Source: Gammaproteobacteria bacterium 42_54_T18 | GTDB lineage: Bacteria > Pseudomonadota > Gammaproteobacteria > Pseudomonadales > Ketobacteraceae | Length of the DNA stretch: 24,000 nt | Direction of reading: 5' to 3' | Assembly (NCBI GenBank): GCA_002163245.1 | Contig: MAAL01000021.1 | Span: 187,677-211,676 of the forward strand | In this document: piece after piece, positions 16,745 through 24,000 of the stretch | How the letters are laid out: every line of letters begins with the position of its first letter | Numbering within the stretch: position 1 is the first letter of the stretch | The notes under the pieces: model-generated | What the model saw: the letters and a program-made list of their open reading frames with translations, nothing else | Told to the model about the DNA's origin: nothing | Database searches by the model: none | Translations under genes and position numbers: made by a program

Positions 16745-17980
16745 ATGAATCAACGTGTTATAAGCCAACAGTCATATGAAGTGATGCAGGATGGCGGCGT
16801 ACCCATTAAGTCTTGGACACGAGGTGTACCGTTTGAACAAGAAGCCAAGCAGCAGCTAAAAAACATTTCACAAATGCCGTTTATCCATCAATGGGTAGCG
16901 GTAATGCCAGATGTTCATCTAGGTAAAGGAGCAACGATTGGCAGTGTGGTACCTACTCTAGGTGCGGTTATTCCCGCAGCGGTTGGAGTGGATATTGGTT
17001 GTGGAATGATGGCGGTTAAGACCAGTCTTAATGCATCGGATTTACCGGATAATCTGGCAGCGGTGCGTTCTGCGATTGAACGTGCAGTCCCTCACGGTCG
17101 CTCAGCGCGAGGAGGTCGTGATAAAGGGGCTTGGTCAAACATCCCAGAGGATGTAGCCAAAGCTTGGGCGCCATTATCGACACAGTTTGACCTATTGTCA
17201 GCTAAGCACCGTGTATTAAGAAAGACGAACAATATAAAACACCTAGGTACCTTGGGTACTGGGAATCACTTTATAGAAATGTGTTTGGATGAGCATAACA
17301 GTGTGTGGTTGATGTTACATAGTGGGTCTCGTGGAGTGGGTAACCGAATAGGCACACACTTCATTGAATTGGCTAAAAAGGATATGGAACAATGGATGAT
17401 TCATCTGCCTGATAAAGACTTAGCGTACTTGCCAGAAGGCACTTCACATTTTGATGAGTATGTAGAAGCCGTTGAGTGGGCGCAAAATTTCGCTCGAATT
17501 AACCGTGAGGTGATGATGGCCAGAGTAATTGATGCGGTTAAAGGTTCATTGGGTGTGAATTTTGATGCACAAATGGAAGCGGTGAATTGTCATCATAACT
17601 ATATTTCTCGTGAGCACCATTATGGAAAAAATGTACTGGTAACACGCAAAGGCGCAGTTAGAGCACGAGAAGGTGAAATGGGTATTATTCCAGGAAGCAT
17701 GGGGGCGCGATCGTATATTGTGCGTGGGTTAGGCAATGAAGAAAGCTTTTGTAGTTGTAGTCATGGTGCAGGTCGAGTGATGTCACGTACAAAAGCGAAA
17801 AAAATGGTGTCCTTAGAAGAGCATCAACGGGATACGGCTGGTGTAGAGTGTCGAAAAGATGCCAGTGTGATTGATGAAACCCCATCAGCCTATAAACCGA
17901 TTGAAAAAGTAATGGATGCACAAAAAGATTTGGTGGAAGTGGTGTATACCCTAAAACAAGTCGTGTGTGTTAAAGGCTAG
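16745..17980 (+). CDS. rtcB: RNA 3'-phosphate/2',3'-cyclic-phosphate ligase RtcB
   Basis: 411 aa, colinear with E. coli RtcB: MPFIHQWVAVMPDVHLGKGATIGSV, AAVGVDIGCGM, GTLGTGNHFIE, HSGSRGVGN, NCHHNY, PGSMG and CSHGAGR. Confidence 0.95.
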   Translation: MNQRVISQQSYEVMQDGGVPIKSWTRGVPFEQEAKQQLKNISQMPFIHQWVAVMPDVHLGKGATIGSVVPTLGAVIPAAVGVDIGCGMMAVKTSLNASDLPDNLAAVRSAIERAVPHGRSARGGRDKGAWSNIPEDVAKAWAPLSTQFDLLSAKHRVLRKTNNIKHLGTLGTGNHFIEMCLDEHNSVWLMLHSGSRGVGNRIGTHFIELAKKDMEQWMIHLPDKDLAYLPEGTSHFDEYVEAVEWAQNFARINREVMMARVIDAVKGSLGVNFDAQMEAVNCHHNYISREHHYGKNVLVTRKGAVRAREGEMGIIPGSMGARSYIVRGLGNEESFCSCSHGAGRVMSRTKAKKMVSLEEHQRDTAGVECRKDASVIDETPSAYKPIEKVMDAQKDLVEVVYTLKQVVCVKG

Positions 17981-18004
17981 AATAAAAAATACAGGATAGA
18001 AGAA

Positions 18005-19071
18005 ATGAAAAACACGATAAACGGGATGGTCGTGATAGATGGTTCTCAAGGTGAAGGTGGCGGACAAATATTTCGTACGACTCTGTCGTTAGCGATGTGC
18101 TTAGGAAAGTCCGTTAAAATTATTAATATACGCGCGGGCCGTAAAAAACCAGGGCTGCTACGTCAGCATCTCACCTGTCTAAAAGCTGCGAAAGAAGTGT
18201 GTAATGCGACAGTAACAGGAGACGAGCTTGGCGGAACATCCGTTACATTCCAACCGGGAATTGTAAAATCGGGAGAATACCAATTTCGATTGGATCGGCG
18301 GGAAGCACAACACTAGTGTTTCAAACACTGGTAATGCCTTTGCTGTTAGCTGATGGTGTAAGTGAGCTGACTTTAGAAGGTGGGACCCATAATGGCATGT
18401 CTCCAAGCTATGATTTTATTCATCAGTGTTTCATCCCCATGTTAGATCGAATGGGGTGCCGTTTAACAACGGAGATAGAACGCGTTGGATTTTATCCAGC
18501 AGGGGGAGGTATTTGGCGTGTGAGAATTCACCCCATCGATTCGTCTGCAGGTGATATCGCACCGTTGGAATTATTAGACCCTGGTAAGTTGGTAGAGTGC
18601 CGGGCTACTGCAATGTCCGATAAAATACCCGAGCATGTGACTGAAAGAGAACTAAATTACATTAAGAAAAAACTAACGGGCTTATGTTCAGAGTTAACGT
18701 TACAACAGAAATTGATTTCGTCCGTCGGACCAGGAAATATTGTATCTTTGTTGACGGAAATGGAACATATCTCAGAGGTTTTTGAATGTGTCGGTGAACG
18801 CAACGTTAGTGCTGAGAGGGTGGCGGGTCGAGTGATACGTGATTGTAAACGTTATTTGAGCGCAGGCGTAACAGTGGCTGAGCATTTAGCCGATCAATTG
18901 TTATTACCTATGGTATTGGGGCAGGGTGGAAGCTTTCATACACTGAAGCCTAGTCAGCATTTATTGACCAATATTGCAGTCATAAAACAGATGACAGATG
19001 TCCAAATCGAGTTAATAGAAATGGGTCCAGATTGTTGGCAGCTGAATGTACCAACAATTAATTTCAAATAA
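18005..19071 (+). pseudogene. rtcA: RNA 3'-terminal phosphate cyclase RtcA, split by a 1-nt deletion near 18290-18294
   Basis: ORF 18005-18316 (DGSQGEGGGQIFRT, RKKPGLLRQHLT) and ORF 18316-19071 (…HLLTNIAV) together are colinear with E. coli RtcA. The conserved GSAGSTTLVFQTLVMPLL is read from 18292 in the -1 frame, whereas the upstream frame reads YQFRLDRREAQH*. See findings. Confidence 0.85.
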
Positions 19072-19075
19072 ACAG

Positions 19076-19103
19076 TTGACATAATGTTTGGTAGGCATAA
19101 TAT
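19076..19103 (+). promoter_or_regulatory. Candidate sigma70 promoter 5 nt downstream of the rtcA stop
   Basis: Consensus -35 TTGACA (19076-19081), a 16-nt spacer, then TAATAT (19098-19103). No ORF of 60 aa or more follows before the terminator at 19259. Confidence 0.4.
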
Positions 19104-19258
19104 TGCCCCCAACGAATTAACACTCTTTGGCAAAAGAAAATCTATGAAAATGTTACTGACACATTATAAATTGATGCATTCAAAATAGTACACACAGATT
19201 CCACTTGGGAGATGTGTTGATCTTCCAGGTAAAGAAAAGGAATACAATTCCTTTTAGT

Positions 19259-19289
19259 AGCCGGTAGGTCAATAACCACCGGCTTTTTT
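19259..19289 (+). terminator. Rho-independent terminator
   Basis: AGCCGGT / ACCGGCT 7-bp GC-rich stem followed by TTTTTTG. A perfect 9-bp hairpin, AAAAGGAAT-ACA-ATTCCTTTT (19235-19255), lies immediately before it. Confidence 0.75.
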
Positions 19290-19598
19290 GTGCGTGAAAT
19301 TTGATAGTAAAAAATGTAACTATTCTGAGGATCTATAACCTATTGCTAATAAATCACGCTCTCTAAGGTTCGCTGAATAACTACAAACTAATTTAATTAA
19401 AGGAAGTACCGTTTGATATTACGAACAATCGACAAAGAAACAGAATACCTGATGCCAATAAAGCAACTGTGCGAATATTTGGGTGTCATGTTTTGTTCGT
19501 CATCAAATATGCATAAACCTATGGTATTAACCATGTAGGCTTTCGGAATCACCGGAAGGCTAATGCTAACCGGATCAATAGAAAATTATTTTTCTAAA

Positions 19599-19630
19599 AC
19601 CCCGGTTGGTAATCCCAATCGGGGTTTTTT
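19599..19630 (+). terminator. Rho-independent terminator with no annotated gene upstream
   Basis: ACCCCGGTTGG-TAATC-CCAATCGGGGT gives an 11-bp stem with one G-U pair, followed by TTTTTT. Confidence 0.8.
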
Positions 19631-19781
19631 AATGCCATAACAATGGAATAACAGATAGAGTTTAACGTGTTAGCCACAGAGATTTTTAGCACAAGAAAGA
19701 ATAACGATAGATAAGGTAGTATAGATCTAAAGACTGGTGAAAAAAGTAAGCAGAACAAGGTCTGCTAAAAAGGTGATATGT

Positions 19782-20351
19782 ATGCGAATTTTACGATTGA
19801 CGAAATCAGGCCTACCACTAGCATGGGTCTCGCGCGAAGAAGCAGCCACTCTCTACGTAAAGGGGCTGGTTCTTTGGAGTATAGGTGATACCCCATCACA
19901 GATATATGGTGGCATTAATCAGTTAGGTGAGCGTACATTTTTATCCTTGTCCTCCATTATTGCTTGTGATGGAGATACCAGAAAAAGAAATTTTGTACCA
20001 GCATTAACAAACCGACTGTTATTTCGAAGAGACGGCCATCGGTGTATGTATTGCGGCCTCGAATTTGATGGTCTTCATCATTCCGGAGCCGTTACCTTAA
20101 CTCGTGATCATATCCGGCCTCGGGTACAAGGTGGGCGAGATATTTGGACCAATGTGATTAGTGCCTGTACACGATGTAATCACCACAAAGGCGGCAGAAC
20201 ACCGGAACAGGCGAATATGGAATTATTAGCCATTCCTTTTGAACCAAACGTCTTTGAGTTTATGTATTTGGCAAACCGCCATATACGTGGAGACCAAATG
20301 CAGTATCTACAAGCTCGTTTTAGCGGGCAGCGTTATTGGCAAGCAGCGTAA
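19782..20351 (+). CDS. HNH (beta-beta-alpha-Me) endonuclease family protein
   Basis: CMYCG...TRDHIRPRVQGGRDIWTNVISACTRCNHHKGGRTPE gives CxxC, DH, N and CxxC-N-xx-K. The ATG at 19782 lies 5 nt after AGGTGA (19771-19776). The ORF-track GTG at 19737 is less likely. Confidence 0.85.
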   Translation: MRILRLTKSGLPLAWVSREEAATLYVKGLVLWSIGDTPSQIYGGINQLGERTFLSLSSIIACDGDTRKRNFVPALTNRLLFRRDGHRCMYCGLEFDGLHHSGAVTLTRDHIRPRVQGGRDIWTNVISACTRCNHHKGGRTPEQANMELLAIPFEPNVFEFMYLANRHIRGDQMQYLQARFSGQRYWQAA

Positions 20352-20425
20352 CGAAATAAACAACTTAATAAATAGTAAGTAATGAATAGCTAAATAGAGA
20401 AGAAAAAGGTAAGAAGGAGAAGAAT

Positions 20426-20593
20426 ATGTTATGGAAAACCATAGAGGTTGAAAGTAATAAAAGAGCACTAATTTTTAGACGAAATCGTCTTGATAAGATT
20501 TTGGAGGCAGGGCAGCATCGTATATCAGAACTTAATGGTAAGGTGCGTGTAGAAATTCACAGCACCGTGGGTATCGTTAGTGATTTTGAATGA
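20426..20593 (+). CDS. 55-aa ORF resembling the N-terminal segment of SPFH/slipin (band-7) proteins; either a small protein or a gene remnant
   Basis: It falls below the ORF-track length cut-off. Strong SD AAGGAG (20414-20419) lies 6 nt before the ATG. The product is MLWKTIEVESNKRALIFRRNRLDKILEAGQHRISELNGKVRVEIHSTVGIVSDFE. The pattern E-x-[EK]-R-A-L-[IV]-F-R-x-G/N-x-L-x-x-x-L-E-x-G-x-H is typical of SPFH-family N-termini. Its stop (20591-20593) overlaps the start of the next gene. Confidence 0.4.
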   Translation: MLWKTIEVESNKRALIFRRNRLDKILEAGQHRISELNGKVRVEIHSTVGIVSDFE

Positions 20594-21626
20594 ATATAAT
20601 ACGGGATTTAGTGTTGCCACGCTAAATCTGTTTAATTACATAGCACCGCCAGAGGCGTTTTATGATACTGACAATATCTATACACAACGTCAGTGGCAGG
20701 AAAAAGAAAAATGGATACACCAACAATTGAAGGAATTAAATCCTGATATTGTTGGTTTCCAAGAAGTGTTTAGTCCATCTTCACTGGAACTATTAGTAAA
20801 AGAGCATGGATTAACACATTTTGTCACGGTATCGGATCCTGGTGTTGGCAATCAACATGTTTATGATAAACCTGTTGTGGCGTTGGCGTCAAAATTTCCG
20901 ATTGTGTCTGCAGATGAAGTAAAGGTTCCAAGCTCAGTAATCGATAAAATGAAATTGCAGAGTGGATTTCATTTTAGTCGGCCACCCATTCGAGCGATTG
21001 TAAAAATCGATGATTTTACCTCTGTATTGGTGTATGTGATGCACCTAAAGTCAAAGCGTTCTCAGCTGGAATCAGGACGTTTAACAACAGAGAATGATAA
21101 CGTGATGATTGCTGATAGTTTATTGGCTGAAATTCAGGGGAGCTGGATGTCAACAATTCAGCGAGGTACCGAGGCGATAGTGATTTATCATGATATTGTT
21201 GAACAGATGTTAGTGTGTGAAAGGCCTGTTATTGTAATGGGGGATCTTAATGACACGATTGACTCTGCAGCACTTCAACCTCTTATCGGTAGCCACAAGC
21301 TAGATAGGTTAGATGGAAAAATGATAAATAATCTTCCATTGGCGCATCAACGAATAATGGATAAATTTATATTACATGATGCATTTGATTTGCAGGATAA
21401 GATTAAGCCTGAGCAAAGAAAATCTACGCACTATTTTATGAACAAAGGCAGTGTTTTAGACTATATCCTATTGTCTAAGGATTTTAAGCCAGAGTATGAT
21501 CAAAGTTTAGCAAGTGTAGAGGAATACCGTGTTAATGATAAGCACTTAATTAATCCACACCATATTGATGATGCGGGTTGTTCTGATCACGCCTCAGTAA
21601 TGATTGAGATTGAAATAAGGATATGA
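20580..21626 (+). CDS. Endonuclease/exonuclease/phosphatase (EEP, DNase I-like fold) family protein
   Basis: The full set of EEP motifs appears in order: VATLNLFN, VGFQEV, YVMHLKSK, VMGDLND, LDYILLS and CSDHASV. Only non-ATG starts are available (GTG 20580 or TTG 20586), with no SD of its own, and they overlap the upstream sORF stop. Confidence 0.85.
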   Translation: MILNEYNTGFSVATLNLFNYIAPPEAFYDTDNIYTQRQWQEKEKWIHQQLKELNPDIVGFQEVFSPSSLELLVKEHGLTHFVTVSDPGVGNQHVYDKPVVALASKFPIVSADEVKVPSSVIDKMKLQSGFHFSRPPIRAIVKIDDFTSVLVYVMHLKSKRSQLESGRLTTENDNVMIADSLLAEIQGSWMSTIQRGTEAIVIYHDIVEQMLVCERPVIVMGDLNDTIDSAALQPLIGSHKLDRLDGKMINNLPLAHQRIMDKFILHDAFDLQDKIKPEQRKSTHYFMNKGSVLDYILLSKDFKPEYDQSLASVEEYRVNDKHLINPHHIDDAGCSDHASVMIEIEIRI

Positions 21627-21632
21627 ATAACC

Positions 21633-22346
21633 ATGGCGGATAAGCCAATCAGTTTCAAAACGCAGGATCTAAAAAAGGTCTATCGTACGGGTGAAACTGA
21701 GGTTGCTGCATTACGTGGTGTCAATATAGAAATTACCGAAGCTGAATTAATTGTGATGTTAGGCCCCTCCGGCAGTGGGAAATCAACCTTTATGAATATT
21801 ATTGGTGGGTTGGATAGGGCATCGTCAGGCAATGTACTTTTTTGTGGACAAGATCTAGCAGAGCTATCAGAAAAAGAGCTGACATATTTTCGTCGAGAAA
21901 AAGTGGGTTTTGTGTTTCAAGCATATAATTTGGTGCCTAGTCTTACGGTGTTAGAAAATGTAGCTTTGGTCACGGAGATTGCACCAAATCCAATGGATCC
22001 GATGCAAGCACTAGATGCAATGGGCCTTAATAATCGTGCCAATCACTTTCCTTCTCAGCTCTCGGGAGGCGAGCAGCAACGTGTTGCGATAGCCAGGGCT
22101 TTAGCAAAACAGCCAGATGTTCTGTTGTGTGATGAGCCGACGGGTGCCTTGGATAGTGAAACCGGTATTGTGGTATTAAAAGCCTTAATGGATGTTAATG
22201 CCAAATTTGGTACTACATGTATCATTATCACTCATAATGCCGCGATAGCTCAACTTGCACATCGAGTTATTCATTTTGCTGATGGCGATGTCAGTTTAGT
22301 TGAGGTGAATAAAATAAGAAAACAACCCGAACAGATTGAGTGGTGA
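21633..22346 (+). CDS. ABC transporter ATP-binding protein (MacB/LolD/FtsE-like)
   Basis: Walker A GPSGSGKST, Q-loop FQAYNL, signature LSGGEQQRV, Walker B LLCDEPTGALD and H-loop ITHN. It starts 6 nt after the EEP stop. Confidence 0.92.
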   Translation: MADKPISFKTQDLKKVYRTGETEVAALRGVNIEITEAELIVMLGPSGSGKSTFMNIIGGLDRASSGNVLFCGQDLAELSEKELTYFRREKVGFVFQAYNLVPSLTVLENVALVTEIAPNPMDPMQALDAMGLNNRANHFPSQLSGGEQQRVAIARALAKQPDVLLCDEPTGALDSETGIVVLKALMDVNAKFGTTCIIITHNAAIAQLAHRVIHFADGDVSLVEVNKIRKQPEQIEW

Positions 22347-22356
22347 GGCGTTTATT

Positions 22357-23671
22357 ATGATTGGGGCCTTGAATCAAAAGTTACTGAGAGAAATTTGGCA
22401 ATTAAAAGGCCAGATGGTTGCGATTATTTTGGTAATGGCGGCGGGAATCGCCGTGTTTGTTTTGATGTTTGGTGTTGTTGATAGTTTGAAACTTACCAAA
22501 AACACCTATTACGATCGATATCAATTTGCTGATATTTTTGTTTCATTAAAACGTGCACCGGAATCTGTGAAACAGCGGGTTGGTGAAATTCCTGGTGTTT
22601 CTATTATTGAAAGCCGAGTGGTGTTTGGGGTGACACTTCAGATTAAAAATATGATTGAACCGGCAAGTGGAAAAATCATATCCCTACCAGACAGCCATGA
22701 TCCGTTACTAAATAACTTATATCTTCGTTCAGGGCGATTTCTGTATCCAAATGAAGAAAACGCTGTTGTGGTGGATGAGAGTTTTTTTACTGCTCACGGT
22801 TTTAACTTAGGCGACAAGATATCTGTAATCATGAATGGTTATAAGCGTCAGTTAACGATGGTGGGTGTGGTGTTATCACCGGAATATGTTTATAGCATTG
22901 CTCCTGGCGCCTTGATGCCAGATAGCAAGCGGTATGGACTATTTTGGATGAGCCGTCGTTCATTGGAAGCAGCAGTAAATATGAAAGGCGCATTTAATGA
23001 TCTGTCAATCAAAGTGGATAGAAATGCCAATATTGAGAATATAAAACAATCCGTAGATTCAATATTAAAGCCCTACGGAGGGCTCATTGCTTATGGTCGG
23101 GATGAGCAGATATCCAATTTTTTTGTCGAAAATGAATTAAAGCAACTTTATTCTATGGGGCTAATGGCACCGATTGTATTTCTTAGTGTGTCAGCGTTTC
23201 TAATTAATGTAGTGATGACTCGTCAGATTTCTACTCAGCGAGAACTGATCGGTATGTTAAAAGCAGTCGGTTATCGCAATATTGAAATTTCACTGCATTA
23301 TTTGAAAATGGTCTTAGTGATAACGGGCGTAGGATCTATTATTGGTTTGTCGTTAGGGGGGCTGGATGGGAACAGGTATGACAAAAATGTATACGGAGTT
23401 TTTTCATTTTCCCATATTAAAGTACAGCTTTTCATTAGAAGTCATGGTTTTTGCGGTTTTCTTCTGCACGCTAGCGGCGTTTATTGGAACCTTGTTTGCG
23501 ATTCGAAGTGCTGCGAATCTACCTCCAGCGGAAGCGATGCGTCCTGAAAGCCCAACAACATTTAAGCGAAGTTTTCTAGAACGTATCGGTGTACATAAAC
23601 GACTAACCTTCTTAAGTCGAATTGTATTAAGGCAATTGGAGCGAACCCTCGGGTATTCGTATTCGTGTTGA
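22357..23671 (+). pseudogene. FtsX/MacB-type ABC permease, frameshifted at a G6 run (23356-23361) and truncated after the first FtsX module
   Basis: The N-terminal LREIWQLKGQ plus TM segment and the large periplasmic region are typical of long (~800 aa) two-module FtsX-family permeases. Frame A (…IIGLSLGG) continues sensibly only in frame B (WMGTGMTKMYTEFFHFP…PPAEAMRPE…LRQLER). That frame stops at 23671 without the expected second TM bundle. The ATG at 22357 follows GGTGAGG. Confidence 0.75.
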
Positions 23672-24000
23672 GACAGACCGCTCACAACATAGAAATCGTC
23701 AATTGGCTTTGGAGCGTCTCTATCTTACGTTAGTCGATGGACAGTTAGATGCTAAAAAGGAGAATGATAAGCAGCGTTGGATGAATCATTGCCAAATTGA
23801 ACGAGGTAACGCAATTCGGGTTTTTTCGGGAATTGATTTTGTAGAGAAAACTTTTGTGAAGAAGACACTGTCTCGATATGAAAACCAAACATCACATAAT
23901 AACTAGTTATAGTAATTTTTAAATAGTCAAAAAACGGAGCAATATCCATGAAATATAAGAACTCACCATTTGGAAAATCAAAAAAATTAGTATCGAGCAT

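Noticed and set aside
18284-18297. Programmed -1 ribosomal frameshift in rtcA
   Set aside because: There is no X-XXY-YYZ slippery heptamer and no obvious downstream stimulatory structure. A simple 1-nt deletion explains the frames.
19144-19188. 14-codon ORF (MKMLLTHYKLMHSK) inside the first candidate sRNA
   Set aside because: It has no Shine-Dalgarno sequence and is not hydrophobic enough for a type I toxin. It is most likely chance.
19367-19380. tRNA-like or Y-RNA-like T-arm (GGTTCG…) in the rtcA-HNH spacer
   Set aside because: The GGTTCGCTG motif is not flanked by a complementary 5-bp stem. I could not assemble an acceptor or anticodon arm by eye, so this needs a covariance-model search.
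23645-24000. Retron (msr/msd plus RT) or group II intron 5' end inserted into the permease
   Set aside because: There is no GUGYG intron 5' end at the breakpoint, and I found no a1/a2-type inverted repeats flanking the ~300-nt non-coding stretch. Only 17 codons of the downstream ORF are visible, which is too little to call.
23703-24000. ORF-track entries 23703-23906 (+, 67 aa) and 23752-24000 (-, 82 aa)
   Set aside because: They overlap each other, have no recognisable motifs, sit in AT-rich sequence where random ORFs are common, and the first would need a TTG start without an SD. They are left uncalled.

Overview
By eye this is roughly 43-45% GC DNA that looks gammaproteobacterial, in three parts. 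(1) Positions 1-12.6 kb carry a complete Pil-Chp (type IV pilus / twitching) chemosensory cluster, pilG(3' end)-pilH-pilI-pilJ-pilK-chpA-chpB-chpC. It includes a 2169-aa multi-Hpt ChpA. (2) Positions 12.6-19.1 kb carry rsmE, two small minus-strand genes (a nitrobindin/DUF1794-like protein and a Pro-rich hypothetical), and the RNA-repair locus rtcR <-> rtcB-rtcA. The rtc control region has a readable sigma54 architecture, and rtcA is split by a 1-nt deletion. (3) Positions 19.1-24.0 kb are more AT-rich and look accessory. They begin with a 665-bp ORF-poor stretch carrying a near-consensus sigma70-like promoter and two strong intrinsic terminators, which makes it a candidate ncRNA/sORF region. 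An HNH endonuclease follows, then a tight unit of a 55-aa SPFH-N-terminus-like ORF, an EEP-family nuclease/phosphatase, an ABC ATPase and an FtsX-type permease. The permease is frameshifted in a G6 run and then cut off at about 23.64 kb, where unrelated AT-rich DNA starts and runs off the window. I saw no rRNA, tRNA, CRISPR array or recognisable transposase. The best leads are the non-coding module downstream of rtcA, the nuclease-rich unit next to it, and the junction at the 3' edge. None of them can be assigned a function from sequence alone.
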